Virus record (IMG/VR): IMGVR_UViG_3300033148_004664
Length of the DNA: 64,000 nucleotides
Source: an uncultured virus (IMG/VR IMGVR_UViG_3300033148_004664)
Lineage: Duplodnaviria; Heunggongvirae; Uroviricota; Caudoviricetes
Direction: 5' to 3' (one strand)
Both the position numbers and the translations under genes were made by a program. Positions 10,231 through 18,453 of the stretch are shown here, piece after piece. Positions within the stretch are counted from its first letter, which is position 1, and each line of letters begins with the position of its first letter. A model generated the notes under the pieces. That model made no database searches and had not been told where the DNA came from. It saw nothing but the letters and a program-made list of their open reading frames with translations.

Positions 10231-10451
10231 AAGATTACATTCACAGTATCGTTGTTGCACTTGTCGCTTATATTTTAGGGATAATGGGGCTTGGAACCTT
10301 GTATTACTCTTTATCAAAAATAATTTTATCGTTTTTACCAATTGACTTGAACTCATGGATAATAACGGCAACACGAGTTATTGTATTGATTATTTCCATT
10401 ATCGTATTTTGTTTTATCCTTGTTCTTTTCGGTAGCAGTGATGAAGAGTGA
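10227..10451 (+). CDS. Small membrane protein
   Basis: Two hydrophobic segments; ATGA overlap with the previous gene. Confidence 0.6.
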   Translation: MKDYIHSIVVALVAYILGIMGLGTLYYSLSKIILSFLPIDLNSWIITATRVIVLIISIIVFCFILVLFGSSDEE

Positions 10452-10463
10452 GAGAGAAAAGTT

Positions 10464-10715
10464 ATGATGGGTATTAAAATTCCAGAATTATATTTAAGAG
10501 TTTATAAATCTTTGGAAAACATAGCACAAAAATATCCATCCGGGGAAATTCCTTGGAGAGAATCTGTAAAAATTTTTGAGTATACCCCAGGACTTAATTT
10601 TGGATATGGTTCGTCGTGGAACGAAATCTTGAATTGTATGGTGAAGTGGGGTTGGCTTGAACGGTATAGTAATGACCGAAATATTTTTATTCGTGTAAAG
10701 GGGCATATTAATTGA
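10464..10715 (+). CDS. Hypothetical protein (possible winged helix)
   Basis: LNCMVKWGWLER pattern; a decayed copy of its 5' end lies near 11792. Confidence 0.55.
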   Translation: MMGIKIPELYLRVYKSLENIAQKYPSGEIPWRESVKIFEYTPGLNFGYGSSWNEILNCMVKWGWLERYSNDRNIFIRVKGHIN

Positions 10716-10879
10716 AGGATAAGTGTTGTGAAACTTGTAAGTTCTGGGAGAGATTAAATGACGAGTCTAATATAGGAAAATGTTCTAAACATATCACTAA
10801 AATAATACCAACATTTTATGTTGGTTTTGATTTTTATTGTAAATATTATCTCCCATCTAATGAGGAGGAATTGAAATGA
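10712..10879 (+). CDS. Small CxxCxxW Cys-rich protein (not in ORF track)
   Basis: TTG start; KCCETCKFWE...IGKC...DFYCKYY. Confidence 0.65.
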   Translation: MKDKCCETCKFWERLNDESNIGKCSKHITKIIPTFYVGFDFYCKYYLPSNEEELK

Positions 10880-11103
10880 ACGACATGATTTTTGGTGCTA
10901 TTTTTGGAGCAATGGTTCCGATAATACTGAACTGTGTAGTTGGACTATTCGGAATAATATTTTGCCCAGATGAATTTCTTCATGATGCATCTTTTGGTGA
11001 GGCGGTATTTATGGTAATTCTTTGTATCCTTGGAATTATTGTGCCGTCGCTTTTTATTTTATTGGCAGCCATTGAGACAGGTCAAGGCAAAAAGAGGGAT
11101 TAA
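10876..11103 (+). CDS. Small membrane protein
   Basis: Two TM-like segments; RBS GAGGAGG. Confidence 0.6.
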   Translation: MNDMIFGAIFGAMVPIILNCVVGLFGIIFCPDEFLHDASFGEAVFMVILCILGIIVPSLFILLAAIETGQGKKRD

Positions 11104-11109
11104 GTCGTT

Positions 11110-11415
11110 ATGGAAGTAGTCTATATTTCCGGCAAGTACAGGGCGGATACTGTAAACGGTATTCATGAGAATATTCAGAAAGCACGGGACGAGGCAATCC
11201 GCTGGTGGAAACGGGGATACGCCGTTATCTGCCCGCACTTGAACACGGCATTTATGGACGGGGCTTGTCCAGACGAAACTTGGCTTGAAGGGGATCTTGA
11301 ATTGTTAAGACGTTCTGATATTGTCGTAATGCTCAGAGGGTGGAAACAAAGTGAGGGAGCAAGGCGAGAACACGAGGAAGCAAAAGCATTGAAGAAACGG
11401 ATAATATATATGTAA
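11110..11415 (+). CDS. DUF4406-like / nucleoside 2-deoxyribosyltransferase-like protein
   Basis: VYISGKY...CPHLN...LRRSDIVVMLRGWKQSEGARRE signature. Confidence 0.75.
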   Translation: MEVVYISGKYRADTVNGIHENIQKARDEAIRWWKRGYAVICPHLNTAFMDGACPDETWLEGDLELLRRSDIVVMLRGWKQSEGARREHEEAKALKKRIIYM

Positions 11416-11429
11416 CAAGGGGGAGTGTC

Positions 11430-11672
11430 ATGTTTATCAGGATAATTACTGGAGTCACGTCATTTTGTATGATGGTAGGCCTCATAGCTATTCCTTTCGG
11501 AGTATTGTTTTACTACTTTGGAATGCCAACTTTTTTAGAGTATTGTAAGACTATTCTTACGTATATTTATGGTGGAATTGTCGCTCTTACTATTGGTGGA
11601 GTATGGGTTATTTGTATTTTATTTTTTTCAAAGACAATAATAGACGTTATTAAAGATGAATGGATTTATTGA
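11430..11672 (+). CDS. Small membrane protein
   Basis: Two TM-like segments; RBS GGGGAG. Confidence 0.6.
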   Translation: MFIRIITGVTSFCMMVGLIAIPFGVLFYYFGMPTFLEYCKTILTYIYGGIVALTIGGVWVICILFFSKTIIDVIKDEWIY

Positions 11673-11850
11673 GAAAGGGGAATTTGTTATGAAAAGTCTT
11701 TGTAAATGGGATTGGGAAAGCGATCTATAAGGAGATGGGGTATAGATTCCCCCAAGAACTGTTCAAAGTAGAATAGGAAGTGGAGAAAGCCATGTCAGAT
11801 GTTAAGATGCCAGAGTTATTTTCCAGAGTTTACAAATCCTTAATGGTTTA
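11673..11850 (+). pseudogene. Fused remnants of paralogs of the 13469 and 10464 genes
   Basis: 5' and 3' ends of the 13469 gene joined with the middle deleted, followed by the 5' end of a 10464-like gene. Confidence 0.65.
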
Positions 11851-11855
11851 TAAAC

Positions 11856-12737
11856 ATGAAAATTGGTCTCTATAATATTGATAGCAAAATACCTAATATA
11901 GCATTAATGAAAATATCAATGTATCATAAAGCCCAAGGAGATACAGTGAATTGGTGTCTTCCGCTTGAATTTGGGATGTATGACAAAATATATGCCTCTT
12001 CAATATTTACATATTCAAACAAAGAATATGTAATTGACAATATGGTTTGCGGAGGCACTGGCTTTGATGTTAAATTGGCATTACCGCAAGAAATAGATGA
12101 TTGTGATCAGGATTATTCTCTATACCCAGATTTCAAATACGCAATTGGTTTTCTCACCCGGGGATGCATTCGTAAATGCCCTTGGTGTATTGTCCCCGAA
12201 AAAGAGGGGTATATAAGACCATATCGCAATATTGAGCAGGTAGCACAAGGACGCAAAGAGGTCATACTTCTTGATAATAATGTTCTTGCCCATCCTCATG
12301 GACTGAAACAAATAGAACGTATCGTCGAACTTGGTTTGAAGGTGGATTTTAATCAGGGACTGGACGCAAGGTTGATTGATGATGAGATAGCAAAATTGTT
12401 GTCAAAAGTCAAATGGTTAAGACCGATACGGATGGCATGTGATGATGAAAGCATGATTCGACCCGTTGTCAAGGCGACGGAGTTTTTGAGAAAACATAAT
12501 TGTACACCTTCGGTTTATTCCGTTTATGTGCTCGTCAAGGATATTCCGTCTGCACTTAAGAGAGTGGAGGAATTAAGAAAACACAATCTTGACCCTTTTG
12601 CGCAACCGTTCAGAGATAGAGATGGTAATGAACCACCCAAGAAATTAAAGGAATTTGCGAGATGGGTGAATCACAAAGCGATATTCAAATCAATTTCATG
12701 GGATGAATATAGTGCGAGCAAGAAAATCGTATATTAA
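11856..12737 (+). CDS. Radical SAM protein (phage type)
   Basis: TRGCIRKCPWC (CxxxCxxC); PNIALMKIS N-terminus; LDNN and DFNQGLDAR. Confidence 0.85.
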   Translation: MKIGLYNIDSKIPNIALMKISMYHKAQGDTVNWCLPLEFGMYDKIYASSIFTYSNKEYVIDNMVCGGTGFDVKLALPQEIDDCDQDYSLYPDFKYAIGFLTRGCIRKCPWCIVPEKEGYIRPYRNIEQVAQGRKEVILLDNNVLAHPHGLKQIERIVELGLKVDFNQGLDARLIDDEIAKLLSKVKWLRPIRMACDDESMIRPVVKATEFLRKHNCTPSVYSVYVLVKDIPSALKRVEELRKHNLDPFAQPFRDRDGNEPPKKLKEFARWVNHKAIFKSISWDEYSASKKIVY

Positions 12738-12748
12738 TGAGGAAATAA

Positions 12749-13456
12749 ATGCTTGAAACAAATAAAATATATTGTGGTGATTGTCTTGAATTGATGAAGG
12801 AATTACCTGATGAGAGTATAGATTTTATACTTACAGACCCGCCATTTAATGTATCATTAAAATATAATTCTTATAATGATCACATGAGTGATGAAGATTA
12901 TTCGAACTATCTACTCAAAAGGTTTGTAGAACTTTTTAGAGTTATGAAAGATGGAACGTACGGAATAATATTCACTGGAGATAAAAACCTTTATTGGGTG
13001 CACAAGGCTGTTAATGAATCTGGACTTAATTATCATCATTTTTTGAAGTGGCATAAACCTAATTGCCATAGAGCATTACCTGGAACAGTGTTGTTTGGTA
13101 CTACAGAATTAGCATTTGTGGTAAGTAAAAATAAGCCGAATATTTCAAAAATAAAACGAAAAATTATGTATAGTGACACTCTTACGTATATTAATTGTAC
13201 GCCACCAGCTTCATATGAAAAAGACAAAGTTTTTCATCCGGCAGAAAGACCTGTAGGTTTATATAATCAAATAATATTAGGTTTCACTGATGAAAATGAT
13301 GTTGTTTTGGATCCTTTTCTTAGTTCAGGTACGACTGCTGTATCTTGTATTAAAACTAATCGTAAATTTATAGGTATGGAAATAGACAAACACTACTACG
13401 AAATGGCACAAAAAAGGATAGATGCTGAGTTATCACAGTTGAAACTTGATTTGTAA
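12749..13456 (+). CDS. N6A/N4C DNA methyltransferase, beta class
   Basis: DPPF motif IV precedes DPFLSSGTT motif I (Gly replaced by Ser); ends QLKLDL. Confidence 0.9.
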   Translation: MLETNKIYCGDCLELMKELPDESIDFILTDPPFNVSLKYNSYNDHMSDEDYSNYLLKRFVELFRVMKDGTYGIIFTGDKNLYWVHKAVNESGLNYHHFLKWHKPNCHRALPGTVLFGTTELAFVVSKNKPNISKIKRKIMYSDTLTYINCTPPASYEKDKVFHPAERPVGLYNQIILGFTDENDVVLDPFLSSGTTAVSCIKTNRKFIGMEIDKHYYEMAQKRIDAELSQLKLDL

Positions 13457-13468
13457 AGGGAATTTGTC

Positions 13469-13822
13469 ATGAGTCTTTGTAGATGGAGTAGCATGAATTG
13501 GAAATGTGACTTATATTGTTATTATGATTGCTACGGAGGCATAACAATTCATGTCGCAGCCCGTAAGCATGTTGGAGATATACCTGAATTGCCGAATGTT
13601 CTTGATGTTTCGAGTGAGGAATGGCTTGAGGCATGTAGAAAACAAGCAAAAGCTCTTGAGGAATCGGAGTTGGTAGAGATTGGATTACCTGCAGACGGCG
13701 AGACCTTCCAATGTCCGGATATTGAATCTTTTCATAATAAGTTGAAAGAGCTAAAAGAAATGGGGTATAGGTTTCCTGAAGATTTATTCGAAATAGATGA
13801 AGAACCGGAAGGCGTTGAATAG
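13469..13822 (+). CDS. Hypothetical protein
   Basis: 117 aa ORF with RBS; decayed paralog at 11673. Confidence 0.7.
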   Translation: MSLCRWSSMNWKCDLYCYYDCYGGITIHVAARKHVGDIPELPNVLDVSSEEWLEACRKQAKALEESELVEIGLPADGETFQCPDIESFHNKLKELKEMGYRFPEDLFEIDEEPEGVE

Positions 13823-13897
13823 ATGGATGACATGTTACAATCTTTCGGTAAATACTCACAATTACCAAGGAAATGCAATATGTCATAGTGAGGGAAC

Positions 13898-14605
13898 ATG
13901 ACTGGTGGTAGTTTATTTAGTGGTATTGAAGGGATTGGTCTCGGCTTATTATGGTCGGGACTAATAGACAAAATAGTTTGGCAGGTGGAAATAGATGAGT
14001 ACTGTAACAAAGTTCTTGAAAGACACTTCCCCAACACAAAGCGATTCAAAGACATCCGAGATTGCGGAAAACATAATCTTGAACCAGTTGACGTTATTTT
14101 CGGAGGATTTCCTTGTCAACCTTTCAGTGTTGCCGGGAAGCGAAAAGGCGAAAAAGATGACCGTTATCTCTGGCCAGAAATGGTTCGGATTATTGAAGAA
14201 CTCAAACCTATTATCGTCATTGGTGAAAATGTTCCTGGAATCATCAAGATGGGTCTCGACGAAGCGTTATCTAATTTGGAGAGTCTTGGCTACTCCACGA
14301 CAGCGATTGGTATTCCTGCTATCGCCGTCAACGCTTGGCATGTTAGGCAAAGAATATGGATTATTGCCTACTCCGACAACAAGAGGATTAGATGGAGGAC
14401 AAAGAGCACGGGATATGATAAACCAGAATATACAACTATTCTCGATTTCAATGGATTACGACAATCCAGAGTTCGTCGAATGTCTAATGGGATTCCCCAT
14501 CGGATGGACAGACTTAGATGCGTAGGAAATGCTGTTGTCCCACAAGTAGCTCAAGTAATAGGTGAAATAATAAAAGATTGGTTGAATATTGAGAATGAAT
14601 ATTAA
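13898..14605 (+). CDS. C5-cytosine DNA methyltransferase, alpha polypeptide
   Basis: LFSGIEG (I), GFPCQ (IV), ENV (VI), HVRQRIW (VIII), GNAV (X); no motif IX in this frame. Confidence 0.9.
   Translation: MTGGSLFSGIEGIGLGLLWSGLIDKIVWQVEIDEYCNKVLERHFPNTKRFKDIRDCGKHNLEPVDVIFGGFPCQPFSVAGKRKGEKDDRYLWPEMVRIIEELKPIIVIGENVPGIIKMGLDEALSNLESLGYSTTAIGIPAIAVNAWHVRQRIWIIAYSDNKRIRWRTKSTGYDKPEYTTILDFNGLRQSRVRRMSNGIPHRMDRLRCVGNAVVPQVAQVIGEIIKDWLNIENEY
13995..14525 (+). CDS. Nested alternate-frame beta polypeptide of the C5 methyltransferase
   Basis: +1-frame ORF ending NPEFVECLMGFPIGWTD (motif IX); exact start uncertain. Confidence 0.8.
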   Translation: MSTVTKFLKDTSPTQSDSKTSEIAENIILNQLTLFSEDFLVNLSVLPGSEKAKKMTVISGQKWFGLLKNSNLLSSLVKMFLESSRWVSTKRYLIWRVLATPRQRLVFLLSPSTLGMLGKEYGLLPTPTTRGLDGGQRARDMINQNIQLFSISMDYDNPEFVECLMGFPIGWTDLDA

Positions 14606-14686
14606 TATATCAACATCAATTTTATAATTGAAATACACAAAATACATATATATATATTATGTAGTGTAAGTAATTTTATCAAGTGT

Positions 14687-14759
14687 AGATAGTAGGGGGG
14701 ATATTATTTATGAATCATTAATTTTTTAGCGGATCGATACTCTATCTCCCCTACTATTT
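14687..14759 (+). ncRNA. Candidate stem-enclosed small RNA or regulatory hairpin
   Basis: 17-bp stem (AGATAGTAGGGGGGATA / TATCTCCCCTACTATTT, two G-U) around a 39-nt loop in intergenic DNA. Confidence 0.45.
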
Positions 14760-14799
14760 CAGATGTAGAATAAATGGTTTTTTAATTATAGGGTGTGTA

Positions 14800-15009
14800 A
14801 TGAAAATATGTAAGTATTGTAAACATTGGAAAAGACGAGAAAACACTTGTTACGGATATTGTGATATTACTATCAAGATTGGGGGTAAAGTGATTTTAAA
14901 AGGCAGCATTGGGTTGACTAATGAGTATTTTCATTGTGCAAGGTTTGAACCGAGGGAGAATAGTAAACATGAACAAAGAGCAATTAGAAACAGTTTTAAA
15001 CGCATATAG
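14800..15009 (+). CDS. Small CxxCxxW Cys-rich protein
   Basis: KICKYCKHW...GYC...FHCARFEP. Confidence 0.7.
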   Translation: MKICKYCKHWKRRENTCYGYCDITIKIGGKVILKGSIGLTNEYFHCARFEPRENSKHEQRAIRNSFKRI

Positions 15010-15154
15010 GAAATTCTGTATTCAACATGATGTTATCTTGTCAACATACGGTTGTGAAGATATAAGTATTGAACCCTTGAATAAGGAGTATTCTGAACTT
15101 GATAGACATATAGCAGAAATACGGGATAACACATGGTTTAGACTTTTTAAATGA
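14969..15154 (+). CDS. Hypothetical protein
   Basis: ATG after GGGAG; fills the gap before the methyltransferase. Confidence 0.55.
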   Translation: MNKEQLETVLNAYRKFCIQHDVILSTYGCEDISIEPLNKEYSELDRHIAEIRDNTWFRLFK

Positions 15155-15169
15155 GGTATATATAACACA

Positions 15170-16255
15170 ATGGAATGTGTAGGCGGATGCGAAATTGACA
15201 AGTATGCAATTGCAGTATCGAAATATCATTACCCGAAACATAGGAATTATGGAGATGCAAGAACAATTGACCCTTCCGATTTACCAAACTTCGACTTGCT
15301 CTGTGCGGGGTTTCCTTGCCCGAGCTTCTCAATTTCAGGAAAGCGACTGGGATTCAATGACCCACGAGGTGCATTATTTTTTGAAATCAAACGGATTCTT
15401 GAGCACAAAAGACCCCGATATTTTCTACTCGAAAATGTTACAGGCTTATTTAGTTCTCAAGACGGAAAAGTGTTCACGAGAATACTTGAAATTCTCGCCG
15501 ACGCTGGGTATCGAGTTCAATGGCAGGTACTTGATAGCCAGGAGTTCGGAGTTCCACAACACCGGGAAAGAGTGTTCATTGTCGGACATATTAGAGGAGA
15601 ACCCCGACCGGAGGTATTTCCTATCGGAGAAAGCGAAACAGTCTCTCATGAAATGGGCACAAAAAGGGAAAAACGCGTCTGTAATACAATTACAAGAAAA
15701 ACCGGACACCCGCACATAACGCTATTAGCTTGGCATAATAAGACAAGCGGGGTCGTCCCGAAAGATGTCTCACCTACACTACGAGCGTCGGGCGGAACGG
15801 ACATAAGAAAAATACCGTATGTTGTACACTCCAACCCGCGTAGATATAGTAGTGATGGATTACGTCAGGTTGGATATTTTGGTAAAAACGGAATGGCGGA
15901 ACGTGTCTATGATGTTGGTGGGGTAGCAACTACACTTCGGAGTAATGGGGGCGGGTTAGGAGCGAAAACCGGATTATATGAAATTGAAGATTCAATACGC
16001 CGGCTTACGCCGCTTGAGTGCGAGCGGTTACAGGCGTTCCCCGATAACTGGACAAAGTATGGAATATTTAATGATAGGAAAGTGCAAGAAATATCAGATA
16101 CACAGCGTTATAAACTTCTCGGCAATGCTGTTACAACGACGGTTGTTTCCGAGATAATAAAACGAATGCCTGATAACATTGAAACCTACTTTGATATGTT
16201 TTACGGGATCAAGGGATTTACTTATGGGATAGAGCTTGCACAAGAGAATTTATAA
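15170..16255 (+). CDS. Circularly permuted C5-cytosine DNA methyltransferase
   Basis: Starts at motif II (GCEIDKYA); GFPC, ENV, QHRER, RRLTPLECERLQAFPD, GNAV; motif-I-like YFDMFYGIKGF at the C-terminus. Confidence 0.85.
   Translation: MECVGGCEIDKYAIAVSKYHYPKHRNYGDARTIDPSDLPNFDLLCAGFPCPSFSISGKRLGFNDPRGALFFEIKRILEHKRPRYFLLENVTGLFSSQDGKVFTRILEILADAGYRVQWQVLDSQEFGVPQHRERVFIVGHIRGEPRPEVFPIGESETVSHEMGTKREKRVCNTITRKTGHPHITLLAWHNKTSGVVPKDVSPTLRASGGTDIRKIPYVVHSNPRRYSSDGLRQVGYFGKNGMAERVYDVGGVATTLRSNGGGLGAKTGLYEIEDSIRRLTPLECERLQAFPDNWTKYGIFNDRKVQEISDTQRYKLLGNAVTTTVVSEIIKRMPDNIETYFDMFYGIKGFTYGIELAQENL
15195..15719 (+). CDS. Nested alternate-frame polypeptide within the C5 methyltransferase
   Basis: +1-frame ORF with CSLSDILEENPDRRYFLSEKA and EQLTLPI. 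Confidence 0.65.
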   Translation: MTSMQLQYRNIITRNIGIMEMQEQLTLPIYQTSTCSVRGFLARASQFQESDWDSMTHEVHYFLKSNGFLSTKDPDIFYSKMLQAYLVLKTEKCSREYLKFSPTLGIEFNGRYLIARSSEFHNTGKECSLSDILEENPDRRYFLSEKAKQSLMKWAQKGKNASVIQLQEKPDTRT

Positions 16256-16259
16256 AGAT

Positions 16260-16294
16260 TTGCCGTTAGTCTTGTAATATGGAACTAACGGCAA
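16260..16294. terminator. Intergenic hairpin
   Basis: TTGCCGTTAGT...ACTAACGGCAA, a perfect 11-bp inverted repeat after the methyltransferase stop; no U-tract. Confidence 0.45.
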
Positions 16295-16323
16295 GATGAT
16301 ATAAGTTTGGAGAAAGAAACCAC

Positions 16324-16914
16324 ATGGGGGATTTTATAATAGTTGATACTCACCCGCAATTAATATCTTATGTAGATTTGTTACAGAAGAAGAATGCAGA
16401 AGCACTTTCTTTTTATCCTAAATGTGTATTTGAGCGGGAAGCAGAAAAACATAGGATATTACTTGGATTGTTGAATAATGAACCGTGTGGTTATCTTTAC
16501 ATGGGAGCACCTGCGATTGATATGAAATGCCATCAAGTATGTATTCAATATGATGTAAGGCGTAGATTATATGGTGCTATGCTTGTTGCTAAGATGGAAG
16601 AAATTGCAAATAGATATGGAGCATCTACTATTACATTACGTTGTGGATTTGATTTAGAGGCAAATAAATTTTGGAAAGAGCTTGGTTATTCTTGTATTGA
16701 TATACAAACTGGAGGCATTAGACGCAACAGAAAGATAAATATATGGAGAAAGTATTTGAATCCAAATCTATTTGAAAATTTTGCAATTGAACCTGCGGTT
16801 GGTAAGATAGATTCTTCTATATGGAAAAAACATAAACAAGTAGGATTAATAAGTCCATATAGCAGAGGAAAGAAGTTGCGTATTTATCGTGAAATTGTAA
16901 CAGAGAAATTTTAA
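16324..16914 (+). CDS. GNAT-family acetyltransferase
   Basis: RRRLYGAML acetyl-CoA loop; EANKFWKELGY motif B. Confidence 0.8.
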   Translation: MGDFIIVDTHPQLISYVDLLQKKNAEALSFYPKCVFEREAEKHRILLGLLNNEPCGYLYMGAPAIDMKCHQVCIQYDVRRRLYGAMLVAKMEEIANRYGASTITLRCGFDLEANKFWKELGYSCIDIQTGGIRRNRKINIWRKYLNPNLFENFAIEPAVGKIDSSIWKKHKQVGLISPYSRGKKLRIYREIVTEKF

Positions 16915-16977
16915 TAATATGATACCAACGGTAAAATGGTATAATTTACTGCAACAAAGTTCAGGGGAACATTAACG

Positions 16978-17163
16978 ATGAGTGATGAAATGAAGCGGGA
17001 ACGATGTATACTGCTTAATTGTTCTAAATGTGGGCGGTTTGTAGGTAAAAATGGATTCCATGACATTTCCTACGACGATTATATGGGGGGATGGGAAGTT
17101 GGCTATCCATTATGTGAACGGTGTTTACAAGAGAAACGACAAAAAGAGAAAAGCAAATTATAA
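16978..17163 (+). CDS. Small Zn-finger protein
   Basis: CSKCGRF...CERC; similar to 38687 (CSTCGRF...CKNC). Confidence 0.65.
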   Translation: MSDEMKRERCILLNCSKCGRFVGKNGFHDISYDDYMGGWEVGYPLCERCLQEKRQKEKSKL

Positions 17164-17247
17164 ATAATCTTGGATGGTATTGAGATAAATGCAAATATCG
17201 TGTAGAGTTTAAACCAATGGACAATATAGTTCAGAGGAACATTAACG

Positions 17248-17451
17248 ATGAGCGACGAACGGTATTGTGGTAATTGCAGATATTGGGAGGAAATAAATCA
17301 TAGTGATGAAAATCTGCAAAAGCAGGACAATAGTAAAGAACATTCACGAGTAGGTAAATGTTATCGGCATGTTTCTCGTGAAATTTCAGTGTTTTACACA
17401 AATTCTGATTTTTGCTGTATTGATTTTGAACCGATAGATGTTATCGAATAA
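17248..17451 (+). CDS. Small CxxCxxW Cys-rich protein
   Basis: YCGNCRYW...GKC...FCCIDFEP. Confidence 0.7.
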   Translation: MSDERYCGNCRYWEEINHSDENLQKQDNSKEHSRVGKCYRHVSREISVFYTNSDFCCIDFEPIDVIE

Positions 17452-17518
17452 CGGAGGACGATCGGTTTGTGAGAGTAATATTAAAGGTCGTCTTGTGGTA
17501 AACAAGGGAGGTAAAATC

Positions 17519-17914
17519 ATGACACAGGAAAAAGTAACTTGTGCGATTTGTGGTAATCCTATTGACGAGGAGAATAAAAGTCTTTCTTATGTTATATGCA
17601 AGGATTGTCATTCTATTTTCTTTCAGAAACAGCGGACAATAAATATTGATGGACATACAACATTGAAAGTTACTTTTAATGGAACCAGTTGGGAGGTAAC
17701 CGGAGCATATAATTATAAGAGTAAAACATCGGTTCCATTATCTTTTTTCGAAGACAAAACATTACCAGAAGCGTTAGTGTTCTTACAGGAACTACATCAA
17801 GCATGGAGAGTAGTATGTTATAATTGTGGAAGATTGATTGATCGTAATGGCATAAGCGTTCATACTTATGATGGGAAAGCATATTGTTGGGAATGTAAGG
17901 AGGTGGCAAAATGA
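17519..17914 (+). CDS. Double Zn-finger protein (paralog of 25281)
   Basis: CAICG...CKDC and CYNCG...CWEC; ATG after GGGAGG. Confidence 0.7.
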   Translation: MTQEKVTCAICGNPIDEENKSLSYVICKDCHSIFFQKQRTINIDGHTTLKVTFNGTSWEVTGAYNYKSKTSVPLSFFEDKTLPEALVFLQELHQAWRVVCYNCGRLIDRNGISVHTYDGKAYCWECKEVAK

Positions 17915-17960
17915 CAGAGAGTATGCTCAGTGATATTTTAAGTACGATATTTGCAATTGT

Positions 17961-18224
17961 TTGGCTCGGTTTCATGGCGTTTATATTCTCACGGCGTTAA
18001 GAGGAAGGAAATACGGAATGGCTATTATACATAATAAAACAGATTATTTAGAAAATTGGATAGAGGAACACGGGAAGCATATCCCTACAAATGAACGGGA
18101 AGAAATAGTTAAGCGTATAAAAAGATTGAACGATTTATTCGAGCGTGCCCATGCAAACGTTACACCAGAGACATTGTTGCGTAATATTGGATGGGGGAAT
18201 GTGGATATTTGGGGGGCGAAATAG
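17961..18224 (+). CDS. Hypothetical protein
   Basis: ORF track; likely real start at the downstream MAIIH. Confidence 0.5.
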   Translation: MARFHGVYILTALRGRKYGMAIIHNKTDYLENWIEEHGKHIPTNEREEIVKRIKRLNDLFERAHANVTPETLLRNIGWGNVDIWGAK

Positions 18225-18239
18225 TAAGGAGTAATATAA

Positions 18240-18449
18240 ATGCTGATTGTAAATAAGTATGAAATACCAGATAGCTGTCCCAAAGATTGCCCGCTGTCAT
18301 GGGTTTATTGCAAAGAGTGTCCACTTTTCGTTCGTTCGGATTTTATTTATAAGAAGATCCCGGAGAAACATCGAGAAGATTGGGCGAAAGCGTGGAGTGA
18401 ATGGTTCAAGAGCGGGTATAAAACCCCGCCTGAACTTTTTTACTTTTAA
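18240..18449 (+). CDS. Cys-rich protein (paralog of 38417)
   Basis: Shares NKYE.P..CP.DCP...REDWAK.W.EWFKSGYKT. Confidence 0.75.
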   Translation: MLIVNKYEIPDSCPKDCPLSWVYCKECPLFVRSDFIYKKIPEKHREDWAKAWSEWFKSGYKTPPELFYF

Positions 18450-18453
18450 CAAG

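Noticed and set aside
16260..16965. Integron attC sites around the GNAT gene
   Set aside because: The GTT and AAC cores in the hairpin are in the wrong order for attC, and no integron integrase is seen.
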